From assembly GCA_963827235.1 (NCBI GenBank), contig CAWHAE010000014.1, positions 96,001 through 160,000 of the forward strand: a DNA stretch of 64,000 bases. Reading direction: 5' to 3'. A program made the position numbers and the translations under genes. The notes beneath the pieces are model-generated. The model was not told the origin of the DNA. It saw only the letters and a list, made by a program, of their open reading frames with translations, and ran no database searches. Positions 1 through 8,934 of the stretch are shown piece after piece; the stretch's first letter is position 1; each line of letters opens with the position of its first letter. Source of the DNA: an uncultured bacterium. GTDB lineage: Bacteria; Chloroflexota; UBA5177; JANWHV01.

Positions 1-2
1 AG

Positions 3-140
3 AGCGTCAACTTCTTCGGGTCGATCGCCGTGGATGTGGAGCTGGAACTGGCCAAGCGCGATCCCGCCGGCTATCGGCCGCTGCGGGAGCGGGTCCTCCC
101 GCCAGCAGTGGCCCTCGACCCAGACGAGCGTGCCGGATGA
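3..140 (+). CDS. tnpA: Tn3-family transposase, 3' end (gene starts upstream of the window)
   Basis: Manual translation of the frame starting at 3 gives SVNFFGSIAVDVELELAKRDPAGYRPLR...*, resembling the C-terminus of actinobacterial-type Tn3 transposases. The stop overlaps the resolvase ATG (ATGA at 137-140). Confidence 0.75.
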   Translation, partial: SVNFFGSIAVDVELELAKRDPAGYRPLRERVLPPAVALDPDERAG

Positions 141-793
141 GGGTGGCGATCTATGCCCGTGTCTCGACCAGGGATAGGGATCAAAACCCGGAGACGCAAC
201 TGCGGCCGCTGCGGGACCATGTGGTCCGGCTCGAAACGGTAACTGCGGTCGAGGAGTTCGCGGACCTAGCCAGCGCGGGCGACCTGCGCGGCCGGCGTCA
301 ATGGCGGCGGCTCCTCGATCTCGCGCTGAGCCAGAAGATCGACCTGGTGGTGGTGTGGAAGCTGGACCGGGCCTTCCGGTCCGTGGTGGACGGCGCCACC
401 ACCCTTCAGACCCTGCGCGCGGCGCGGTGCGGGATACGCTCGCTGCAGGAGCCCTGGATTGACACGACGACGCCGATCGGGGAGGCGCTCTACCACATCA
501 CCCTCGCCTGGGCGCAGCTGGAGAAGCGCCAGCTCACCGAACGGGTGAAGGCGGGGATGGAACGAGCACGATCTGAGGGCAAGCACCTGGGACGCCCCAC
601 GCGATCTCGACCGCTCAGCGACCATCCGCTGTGGCCGAAGGTGCTGCCTGCCCTCCAAGCTGGCCACCTCACCCGGGCGGAGGCGCCCAAGACGCTGCAG
701 GTCCGGAAATCCACGCTCATCGCGGCCCTCGCAGCGTTCCCAAAGGGGGGTGGCAAAAACGCACCGACCGTCAAGACCGGGGACGAGGCCTAA
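137..793 (+). CDS. Serine recombinase / resolvase
   Basis: YARVST catalytic Ser motif, VVWKLDR, ERVKAGMERAR..GKHLGRP, C-terminal HTH-like tail. Confidence 0.93.
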   Translation: MRVAIYARVSTRDRDQNPETQLRPLRDHVVRLETVTAVEEFADLASAGDLRGRRQWRRLLDLALSQKIDLVVVWKLDRAFRSVVDGATTLQTLRAARCGIRSLQEPWIDTTTPIGEALYHITLAWAQLEKRQLTERVKAGMERARSEGKHLGRPTRSRPLSDHPLWPKVLPALQAGHLTRAEAPKTLQVRKSTLIAALAAFPKGGGKNAPTVKTGDEA

Positions 794-924
794 CCGGGCG
801 TTCCCAATGGAAGTCCTTTGAGAACAACGCCTGCGGGCATCGAACCCGCCGCCATGACCCTCTGGCGGAACCACGTCACCGACGAATGCAATTGGGGGGT
901 AGTGCACCCCCCTCAAAAAGAGCA

Positions 925-1143
925 CTACGGTTGGGTTTGCTCGTGGTGCTCAGCAGAGTCGCTGGCTTCAGCCTGTCTGAGGAACAGGAGAGTCTGCTCG
1001 CGAACCTTGCCGAGGACGCCATAGGTGTTCAGAATCCCTGCGGCGATGCCTTTGCCCTCACGCACCAGCCCGAGGAGCAAATGCTCGGTAGCGACATGGT
1101 CATGGCCAAGGGTTTGCGCCTCATCGACGGCCAAGGCAAGCAC
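925..1143 (-). pseudogene. Clp N-terminal (Clp R) repeat fragment
   Basis: (K)VLALAVDEAQTLGHDHVATEHLLLGLVREGKGIAAGIL is a classic Clp_N repeat. It is out of frame with, and fused to, the ECF gene at about 1145. Confidence 0.75.
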
Positions 1144-1997
1144 TTTGTCACCTGTGCCGCTTGCAGGACATTGGCGAGGAACGAATAGGTCATCGGGCGG
1201 GGCATCTCTGTCTGATCCAGGGTAGCCGTAAGCTGGTACCCCTCGTGCTCACCAACGTGGATCAGCAGGTAGCGAAGACCGTCTATTTCTTCAAGAAAGA
1301 TAATTCTTTGGAGGTGGGGGTGGCTAGACGGGACATGAGGAGGGAGGCCGAGGTTCTCGGCTAACTTACGCACACTTGCGATGCGCATCACTACCATGGG
1401 CGACGGCACTGGCGTGGTCATCTGGTCCTCCCAAAGTGCCAATAACTGCTTGCGTAACGTGCCGCGCGCCTTGTGCAACCGGGTCTTGACCGCACCTAGC
1501 TCGATGCCCAGGTGCGCCGCTGTTTCGGCTTGCGTCAGCCCGTACAGGTAGTAGAGCACGATGGCAGCGCGTTGACCTCGCGGTAGTGCAGCAACCGCTG
1601 CCTGCACGCGTGCTCGCAGTTCACTCGCTTCGGCCCGTTCGTCCGGGCCAAGGTGCTCGTCAGCCAACACGTACCTGGGATCAAAGCGCCCACCCACCAG
1701 GACATCCCATGAGCAATCGCCCTGGCCGTGGTTCCTCAGCCAATGCCGGCTGATGTTGAGGGCAATCCCACTCAACCAGGGACCGAACTGCTCGGGGCGT
1801 TTGAGGCGATCGAGACTTAGCCAGGCCTGCATGGCAGCCTCTTGTACCGCATCCTGTGCCAGGTCGTCGCTCCCCAGCATACGACGACATAGGGAGAGCA
1901 CCAGCGACCAATGCCGAGCCAGCAAGGAGCCGAGGGCCCCTTTGTCACCTTGACGGGCGGCCTGCACCAGGACTCTATCGTCCGCCGCGCTGTCCAT
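1029..1997 (-). CDS. ECF sigma-70 factor with truncated C-terminal bifunctional-nuclease (DUF151)-like extension, probably disrupted
   Basis: Region 2 (AQDAVQEA, FGPWLSGIALN), region 4 (LPRGQRAAIVLYYLYGLTQAETA..GAVKTRLHKAR), then IIFLEE..RYLLIHVGEHEG..PRPMTYSFL (DUF151-like). GAGGAGG RBS before ATG 1997. Confidence 0.85.
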   Translation of the reverse strand: MDSAADDRVLVQAARQGDKGALGSLLARHWSLVLSLCRRMLGSDDLAQDAVQEAAMQAWLSLDRLKRPEQFGPWLSGIALNISRHWLRNHGQGDCSWDVLVGGRFDPRYVLADEHLGPDERAEASELRARVQAAVAALPRGQRAAIVLYYLYGLTQAETAAHLGIELGAVKTRLHKARGTLRKQLLALWEDQMTTPVPSPMVVMRIASVRKLAENLGLPPHVPSSHPHLQRIIFLEEIDGLRYLLIHVGEHEGYQLTATLDQTEMPRPMTYSFLANVLQAAQVTKCLPWPSMRRKPLAMTMSLPSICSSGWCVRAKASPQGF

Positions 1998-2041
1998 CGC
2001 CTCCTCATGCCGGCACACCCGACGCTCGTGTCTCCACTATA

Positions 2042-2069
2042 TAGTGCCCGTGGTAAGACGATGGGTTAC
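2042..2069 (-). promoter_or_regulatory. Putative ECF-type (autoregulatory) promoter
   Basis: GTAACC-N16-GCACTA on the - strand, ending 45 nt upstream of the ECF start codon. Confidence 0.4.
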
Positions 2070-2249
2070 CCTGAGCGAGCAAACAACGAACGTTGGCTCT
2101 CTCACGCACGAAGCCCAGCTCAATGCCGTCGTGCTCCTATGCCATGGGTAGCTGTTTTACGTCCGAATCGTCGCCGTACCCCACAAAGCCAGGTAAAGGC
2201 GACAGGCGAGCAAGGCGTGCCAGCTTGCTGCCCTGGGGTTCTGCCATTC

Positions 2250-2360
2250 ATCCACCTCTGCTGGAGTAAGGGTAAAGAACCGCAGCAGCGCCTCACCACT
2301 GATCTCCGGGAAGCCCCGAAGACGCTCCAGCTCCTCCTCCGAGAACACTCGTGTCGCCAC
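2250..2360 (-). pseudogene. Tn3-family transposase N-terminal stub
   Basis: MATRVFSEEELERLRGFPEISGEALLRFFTLTPAE matches the recalled N-terminus of actinobacterial Tn3 transposases. Similarity stops after about 35 aa. Confidence 0.7.
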
Positions 2361-2402
2361 GGAACTAATCTGCGCACGTCACCCGTGCCCATGGCCAGCG
2401 CT

Positions 2403-2440
2403 CTATCCGTTGCTTTTTCGGCGAATACTACTGGGAGCCG
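2403..2440 (-). repeat. Tn3-type 38-bp terminal inverted repeat (degenerate)
   Basis: - strand CGGCTCCCAGTAGTATTCGCCGAAAAAGCAACGGATAG: 38 bp, ends in TAG, lies about 40 nt upstream of the tnpA stub. The terminal GGGG is degenerate. Confidence 0.5.
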
Positions 2441-3755
2441 AGGCAGACCTTGGGCTGCGCACGCGGCGCCCGACTCCCCCTGACGCCAACGGGGCTTCCG
2501 TTGAGGCACGCGGTCATGAGAGGGCGCAGACGAGCAAGCAGCTACAGGCGTATGCCAACATCCTCCGTGCCCCGATGAGTGCGAGTGACACCGCGAGAAT
2601 ACCCCTGCAGGCTCTTGAGCCTGTTGTCGACTGCGATCGGGAGGGGCGCAGGGCGCAGATCTGTGCCGTGGCAAGGGGCGAAGGAGAGTGCGACCACCGA
2701 AGCGCTGGCTGCGAAGTCATGTCGATGCTGCGGTGCTTGTCATCATGGCCGAGCTAGTCTGCGAGCCTAGGGCGATCGTGCTCGGTTGCAGCGAACTGCG
2801 GCTGAGTCTGAGCGATGCCCCTTTGCCACTGCCGGGGCTCGACTCGGCCGGCTGACTGGCAAGGGCGACCGTGCTCCGAGCGGGATAGGGCACGCCGTCA
2901 GGGTGCGGCGATCGTGGCCTGCTGGCACCGGCGACGGGCCGGGCGCAGCGACGTCCACGGTGACCTGGGGCCCGCTGTGCCGGATCTCGTCAGGCAGCAG
3001 CGATACAGGGCTACTAATGGGAGCAGTCCGTGAGATCTGCTCCCTCTCGTACGTGCCGAGCAAAGCCCGAGTGCTCATCGCCGGTACTTGACTGGTGGCG
3101 AGCTATCTTACTCTGTGCTCACCGAATCTGTGCCTACCTGCGTCTCGCTACCCGAAATGCCCTTGCTGGGGGCGCCGCTTCCGGCCGCAGGCGCAATTGC
3201 TCGCGCAATGCCGTCGAGCGCATGACAATAGGTGCTGCAGATAGCATCAAAGCGCGACGAAGCAGGCTTCACTCCGGGAGCGCGGTCAGACAGGCGGCGC
3301 ACTTGCCAGATCCAACCAATTATGAGCGAATTAGGGGCTGCGTTCTGGAAAAAGGTGTGCATCCCAATTGGAATCGGCAGGCTTCGTACGGCAAAACGGC
3401 GCTCTCGACTGTGCCTCGGGTGGCATGGCGCGCGGTGGGGCCAAAGGAGCCGCTCGCACCGGACACATGCAGGGGCGCTCGGTCCGACACGCTTCTCGGC
3501 CGTGGTCCCGGCGATCAGTATTACGCAAAACCGTGACCGCTGGCAGGCATTCGGTCGCGCACTTTCGCAGATAGCGCGCAAACCTCAGGCATGATGTAGA
3601 TGGAGTGGCCGGCTCAGCCACACCAGCGGCCGACTCGTGCAGTCGCCGGCGCGCGGCGCAACATGGCGATCGGTGTCTGCCGGCAATGTGCGTTCCGGCT
3701 GGGACGAGCACAACGCGCGGGACGGGCTAGCCCGACGGATGCTAATCTCGAGGTC

Positions 3756-5438
3756 ATGAAGAAGATGAGCCCAAAGCACTTGCGCGGATGGCATAGCCGC
3801 TCTCGCCGCATTTTGCTCGGGGCCGCGCTGGCAGTCAGCTCGACGATCATGCCCGCGCGATCGGCGGCTGTGACTCAGGTCGACTGGCCGATGTTCGGCA
3901 ACACGAGCAACCAGCAGCGCTATGCCGCGCTCGACCAGGTGAACGCGAGTACGATCGGCCGGCTCGGCGTAGCCTGGTCGATCTCTCTCGGCGCTCAGGC
4001 GGCGTTGTGGGAGGACGATCCGGTCGTGGTCGGGGGCGTGATGTACGTCACGAACGGTACCGACGAGGTCATGGCGCTCCACGCCGATACCGGTCGCCGC
4101 ATCTGGACGTATGCGCCGGTAGTGGATTTCTTGCGAGCTTTTGCCCGCGCCGGATTGGTCGCTCCGGTGAACCGGGGGGTAACCGTGGCCGATGGGCGCG
4201 TCTACCTCGCCACATTCGACGAGCAGCTAATCAGCCTGGATTCGGCGAACGGCAAGGTAGTCTGGCGCAGCGTGATCGCGGACCCGTCTACCTACTACGA
4301 GGATTCACCGCCCTCCTACTGGCACGGATCGCTTTACGTCGGTGAAGCCGCGAGCGGCCTCGGCACGCGCGGATTCGTAGCAGCCTTTTCGGCAAAGACA
4401 GGCAAGCCGCTGTGGCGATTCTATACAGTGCCGGCACCTGGTCACTCCTGGGCGATCCGGACGGGACGCGTCGGCGGCGGCGACGTATGGATGCCAGTCA
4501 CCGTAGATCCGGCTACTGGCACGCTGTACGTGGGGACCGGCAATCCCACGCCGGATCTCGTCGGGCAGGATCGCCCGGGCTGCGATGTCTGGACCGACTC
4601 CACGCTGGCGCTCGATGCACGTACCGGCAAGCTCTTGTGGGGCCGGACGCAGGTGTGCCACGACGTGTGGGATTATGACTCGGCACAGTCGCCCATGCTC
4701 CTGCCCATCAGGCACGGTACGAGCGAGGTCGCGGCAGTGGGAGAGGGCAGCAAGGCCGGTCGGTTCTGGGTTTTCGAGGCCCGCACCGGTGCCGTTATTT
4801 CCGTCTCGTCGCCGCTCGGCGAGCAGACGATTCCGCGGCCTGTGCCGACGCCCATGGGCGTCAGAGTCTGCCCTGGCATCTACGGCAGTCTGGAATACTC
4901 GCCGCCCGCCTATAGCCCCGTAGCGGGACTCGTATATCTTCCGGGACTGAACCTCTGCACGGTCGACCGCGCGCTGCCCGCCGCACCGGACTCAACTCTA
5001 CCGGCCGGCGTGGCCGCTTTCGGGGGTACCGCGAAGCCGAGCGGCGACCGCAATTCCGGCTTCCTGGCGGCGGTGGATCCGGCGACAGGCCGGATACGCT
5101 GGCTGGCTCGAGTATCGCGGCCGATGATCGGCGGGGCGCTTGCCACGGCCGCCAACCTGGTGTTCAGTGGTGCCGACGATGGCTACCTCTATGCCTTCGA
5201 TGCCAGAAACGGCGCCACAGTGTGGCGGGAGGACTTCGGGCTGGGCTTCGGCGCGGCGCCTTTCACATACATGGTCGACGGCATCCAGTACGTCGCGGTG
5301 GCGGCCGGCGGGTCGGGCGAGGCCACCATCACCGGCGCGCGCACCGGCGCACTGCTGGTCGCGTTTCGGCTTGGCGGCAGGCCTGCACCGTGCTCAGTGC
5401 TGGCGACATGCGCCGATGCCCTGCCGCATGCCGGGTAG
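3756..5438 (+). CDS. Secreted PQQ-binding beta-propeller dehydrogenase
   Basis: DWPMFG..QRYAALDQVN, NRGV, repeated A.D..TG...W docking motifs, GTGNP, HDVWDYD, PFTYMVDGIQYVAV. SRRILL Tat-like leader. Start trimmed from ORF 3600. Confidence 0.9.
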   Translation: MKKMSPKHLRGWHSRSRRILLGAALAVSSTIMPARSAAVTQVDWPMFGNTSNQQRYAALDQVNASTIGRLGVAWSISLGAQAALWEDDPVVVGGVMYVTNGTDEVMALHADTGRRIWTYAPVVDFLRAFARAGLVAPVNRGVTVADGRVYLATFDEQLISLDSANGKVVWRSVIADPSTYYEDSPPSYWHGSLYVGEAASGLGTRGFVAAFSAKTGKPLWRFYTVPAPGHSWAIRTGRVGGGDVWMPVTVDPATGTLYVGTGNPTPDLVGQDRPGCDVWTDSTLALDARTGKLLWGRTQVCHDVWDYDSAQSPMLLPIRHGTSEVAAVGEGSKAGRFWVFEARTGAVISVSSPLGEQTIPRPVPTPMGVRVCPGIYGSLEYSPPAYSPVAGLVYLPGLNLCTVDRALPAAPDSTLPAGVAAFGGTAKPSGDRNSGFLAAVDPATGRIRWLARVSRPMIGGALATAANLVFSGADDGYLYAFDARNGATVWREDFGLGFGAAPFTYMVDGIQYVAVAAGGSGEATITGARTGALLVAFRLGGRPAPCSVLATCADALPHAG

Positions 5439-5563
5439 CGCTTGCAAGCTAGCCCAGCGCAGGTGGGCTGCCGGCCCCTGGCGAGCCATCCTGACGCGGC
5501 GGATCGTTGCCGCTGCCGGCGAGAGCCACCGCCGGACCTGATACCATGCGGGCATACGCCACA

Positions 5564-6709
5564 TTATGTCGAGACCTGTGGTAGATAGCGATATGCCCCG
5601 GCCGACGTAGCAGCGATCAGGGTCGGAAGCGGGCCCGGCGTTTCCGCTAGGCCTATCACCGTGGCAGCGGGGCCGCTTAACCCGCGCCCCAGTGAGCGCC
5701 ACCGGCTCTCGCCCGCTCGCTCGAACACACCGGAGGCCATCGTACCCGCGTAGAGCACGACGGGATCAGTTGCCTGGGCCACCAGGAGCTGCATGGCGTG
5801 CCTCTGGGGCAGTCCCAGGCTGATGTCGTGCCAGCGACCGTCCGCCGCTCGCTGCCAGACACCGCCTCCCATCGTGGTCAGGTAGACTTGCCGGGCAGGG
5901 CTCTTGCCCGCCGCGAGATCCTGGACGGGCAGAAGCGCCGGGAGATTCCTGGCAGCCGGCGTCCAATGCAGGCCGTCATCGCCACTGACCAACACAGGCG
6001 GGCTTGACTCGAACACGCAGGCAAGAATCTGATCCGGGTTCCACGGCGCAGGCAGCAGCGACGTCACCGGCGCGCCGCCGGCCCGCCCGCCCGTGCCGGC
6101 AGTCGGCTGCCACACGCGATGCCAGCGCCATGTGCGACCGTCACCAATGGGGTCTCCGCGGAAGATCGCCCCCAAGGAACCGGCCAGCAACGGGTGCCCT
6201 TGGGCCGGAAGCACCGCCAGGCTATAGACAGGCACGGCCCCATACGACGGCTCAGATACCAGTGTAGGGCTGATTCTCCGCCAGGTCACCTTACCGCGGA
6301 TGCTGCCTCGCATGTAGACGGAGCCGTCGAAGCTGCCCGCCCAAGTGTCATCGCCGTTCGACGTGCCGGCGAGTGCGAACACGGCATGGCCATCAAGGCC
6401 CGACCCATCCCGTTGCCAGGAAGTGCCGCCGTCGCCGGAACGCCAAACGCCGTTCGTCGTCGCGGCGAGCAAACCCGCTCGCCCGCCGGAAAGCGGCAGC
6501 AGCGCCGTGGTGTCACCGCGCAGAGAGGTCGGAGCCCATCGGCCGTCAAGTGGCAGTGCCAATCGGTTCGCCGCTCGTGACGAAAGCGATCTGATAGCAG
6601 CTATCGTGGCGAGAAGACAGAGCAAGGGCACGACTCGGCTCGTAGCCGTCTTCAGGAGCAAGTACATTCTACGTGGAGCGTGTGCCATGTTGCTATTCCC
6701 TGCCGCCAT
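5564..6709 (-). CDS. Secreted BNR/Asp-box beta-propeller protein
   Basis: SGDGGTSW and SGDDGLHW Asp-boxes, hydrophobic N-terminal leader. Start uncertain (6709 or 6688). Confidence 0.75.
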   Translation of the reverse strand: MAAGNSNMAHAPRRMYLLLKTATSRVVPLLCLLATIAAIRSLSSRAANRLALPLDGRWAPTSLRGDTTALLPLSGGRAGLLAATTNGVWRSGDGGTSWQRDGSGLDGHAVFALAGTSNGDDTWAGSFDGSVYMRGSIRGKVTWRRISPTLVSEPSYGAVPVYSLAVLPAQGHPLLAGSLGAIFRGDPIGDGRTWRWHRVWQPTAGTGGRAGGAPVTSLLPAPWNPDQILACVFESSPPVLVSGDDGLHWTPAARNLPALLPVQDLAAGKSPARQVYLTTMGGGVWQRAADGRWHDISLGLPQRHAMQLLVAQATDPVVLYAGTMASGVFERAGESRWRSLGRGLSGPAATVIGLAETPGPLPTLIAATSAGAYRYLPQVST

Positions 6710-6734
6710 CGCCCTCGATCCGCCAGAAGCAGAC

Positions 6735-6766
6735 GACTGGAGGGCGCCGCGCGGCGCCCTCCAGTC
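6735..6766. terminator. 32-bp perfect palindrome (hairpin) between co-oriented genes
   Basis: GACTGGAGGGCGCCGC/GCGGCGCCCTCCAGTC, with only a weak U-tail on the - strand. Confidence 0.55.
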
Positions 6767-6801
6767 TTCCGTGCCCGCAGGCACCAGCCCGCGTGGAGTA
6801 C

Positions 6802-8934
6802 CTAAATGGGAGTGACGACCACCTCTCCCGTCATCCACGGATGGGGAATGCAGTAGAAGTGGAATGTACCTACCTTGTTCATCACCGTCGTGGCCGTTCC
6901 GCCGGGTACGATGATGCCCGTGTCCCATCCGCCGTCGCTTGACGTGGAGGTATGGGGCTGCGTTCCGGTATTGACCCACGTGACCTTGGTCCCTACCGGC
7001 ACCGTGAATATCTTGGATCCGCCGAAGCCTGTTGGCGTGCCGAACGCCTTGTAGCCGTAGTCGTAGATCGCGATCTTGCCGGTATGTATGGCGGCGCCGC
7101 TGATCTTGGTCACGTTGTCGATCGGCGACGGTGCCGGAAGCGGGCTGACTGTCTTGCCGTCTGGTGCTCCCTGCAGGCTGAATACATACAGCGCATCATG
7201 GTCTGCCTGTGCTCCCTGCAGGTAGCCGTGCCCACCCACGTCGACGGCCAGGTACTGTACGCCGCCGACCTCGTAGGTCATGGGCGGTGCGTTATCCGGG
7301 TAGCCGGTCTGGTATTGCCAGAGCACGCGACCGGTGCGTGCATCGTAGGCTTTGAGTACGCCGTCGATCTGTCCGCTGAAGACCAGGCCGCCCGCGGTTG
7401 ACATGGCGCCGGCGCCGCTGCCGTCTTCATCGCGCAGCTGCTTCTGCCAGGCGATCTTGTTGGTGCGGGTATCGATCGCGGTGAATGTGCCGCTGTTGAC
7501 GGCGCCGACCAGTGCATTGGTGCCGCCGGCGTCGATCCAGAATTGACCGACCTTGTTAGGTTGCACGGAGTAGGTCGCGTCGATAGGCTGGTTGTCGGCG
7601 CCCACATACAGGTAGCCGGTCTGCGGACTGAAGGACACAGGTGATTCGTCGACGCCACCGTTGTAGATCGGTTCAAACACCTGATCGACAGTGGTCACCG
7701 GATCGAAGATGCAGGCCGCGTGGAATCCCTTGATCTTCTGCGCGCACTGCGCGGAGACGGGATCGCCGACCGGATAGGGCTGCGTGGGATAGGTAGCCTG
7801 CGCGGCGTACTGCGGCACCGGCTTCTCCGTGATGCCGATTATCGGCTTCCCGGTCGCGCGATCGAGCAGATAGGTGAATCCTGTCTTGCCGTCCTGGCTG
7901 ATACCGTGGCGTAGCGTCCCGTTGATCACGGTGTCGAACAGCACGACCGGGCTGGGCGCGTCAAAGTCCCACAGGTCGTGATGTACTTCCTGGAAGTACC
8001 ATGCCACCTTGCCCGTGCTGACGTGCAAGGCGACGATAGATGAGGTAAAGAGGTCAGCGCCCTTACGGCTGCCGCCGTAGAGATCAGGGGCAGCGTTACC
8101 AGTGCTGAAGTACATCAGGCCGAGCGACGGATCGAGGGCGGGCGTGTTCCACACCGTGCCGCCGCCCGTGAGATAACTGCCGTTGTTCGGCCAGGTGTTT
8201 CCTCCGAGATCCTTCGGCCCTGGAATAGTGTAAAACACCCACTTGACCTTGCCGGTCGCCGCGTCGAGTGCGTACACGCTACCCCGCTGGCCAAACTCAC
8301 CGCCGACGGTGCCGATGTAGATCGAACCGTTGTAGTAGAGCGGCGCCGCCGTTATGCCGGCGCCTAGCTGCCACTTGACGAGATGCTCTTGCCACACCAC
8401 CTTGCCCGTTGCCTGGGAGAGGGCCACCACGGAGCCGTCGATTTGCGGATTGAACACCATCCCCTGGCCCAGCGCCACGCCGCGATCGTCCCACTGGCAG
8501 CAAATGGTGCTGTCTTTCACGTCGGTGGTGGACTGGTATGTCCAGAGCTTGGCGCCGGTTGCGGCGTTGAAGGCAAATACGTCGTTCTTGCCCGTCGGAA
8601 TGTACAGCACTCCGTCCTGCTCCAGAGGCGTGGCTTCCTGATTGTATTTCCCCCAGTAGGCTTTGGCCGCTGTGCCTGGCACCAACGAGGTCCGGAACAC
8701 CGGCTTGAGCTGAGCGACGTTCTGCGTATTGATCTGATCGAGCGCCGAGAAACGCTCGTTGGTCATATTTCCGCCCACGTCCGCCCAGTTCGCGGTGACG
8801 GGCGACGTCTGTTCGGCGTCGATAACCGAATCGACTCCACTCTGGGCCCGACCTGTGCGTGGCGCAATGACGCTGCATGCGATCAACGCCGCCGCAAAGA
8901 GCGCCTTTGCCACGTGCCGTGTGAAGACCATCAA
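6802..8934 (-). CDS. PQQ-dependent dehydrogenase with C-terminal cupredoxin (amicyanin/plastocyanin-like) domain
   Basis: Signal peptide, ERFSALDQIN, QEATP, vicinal CC (ICCQWDDRG), GGEFG, TGNAAP, HHDLWDFD. C-terminus VPVGTKVTWVN..PHT..YCIPHPWM carries type-1 Cu ligands. Confidence 0.92.
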   Translation of the reverse strand: MMVFTRHVAKALFAAALIACSVIAPRTGRAQSGVDSVIDAEQTSPVTANWADVGGNMTNERFSALDQINTQNVAQLKPVFRTSLVPGTAAKAYWGKYNQEATPLEQDGVLYIPTGKNDVFAFNAATGAKLWTYQSTTDVKDSTICCQWDDRGVALGQGMVFNPQIDGSVVALSQATGKVVWQEHLVKWQLGAGITAAPLYYNGSIYIGTVGGEFGQRGSVYALDAATGKVKWVFYTIPGPKDLGGNTWPNNGSYLTGGGTVWNTPALDPSLGLMYFSTGNAAPDLYGGSRKGADLFTSSIVALHVSTGKVAWYFQEVHHDLWDFDAPSPVVLFDTVINGTLRHGISQDGKTGFTYLLDRATGKPIIGITEKPVPQYAAQATYPTQPYPVGDPVSAQCAQKIKGFHAACIFDPVTTVDQVFEPIYNGGVDESPVSFSPQTGYLYVGADNQPIDATYSVQPNKVGQFWIDAGGTNALVGAVNSGTFTAIDTRTNKIAWQKQLRDEDGSGAGAMSTAGGLVFSGQIDGVLKAYDARTGRVLWQYQTGYPDNAPPMTYEVGGVQYLAVDVGGHGYLQGAQADHDALYVFSLQGAPDGKTVSPLPAPSPIDNVTKISGAAIHTGKIAIYDYGYKAFGTPTGFGGSKIFTVPVGTKVTWVNTGTQPHTSTSSDGGWDTGIIVPGGTATTVMNKVGTFHFYCIPHPWMTGEVVVTPI

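Larger units (their letters stand above)
1..2440. mobile_element. Right part of a Tn3-family element or remnant carrying an ECF sigma gene
   Basis: tnpA 3' end plus resolvase on +; inverted tnpA 5' stub and 38-bp IR-like sequence at 2403-2440. Confidence 0.55.

Noticed and set aside
894-930. G6/C6 hairpin as a Tn3 right IR or terminator
   Set aside because: No similarity to the 2403-2440 IR-like sequence and no U-tract on either strand.
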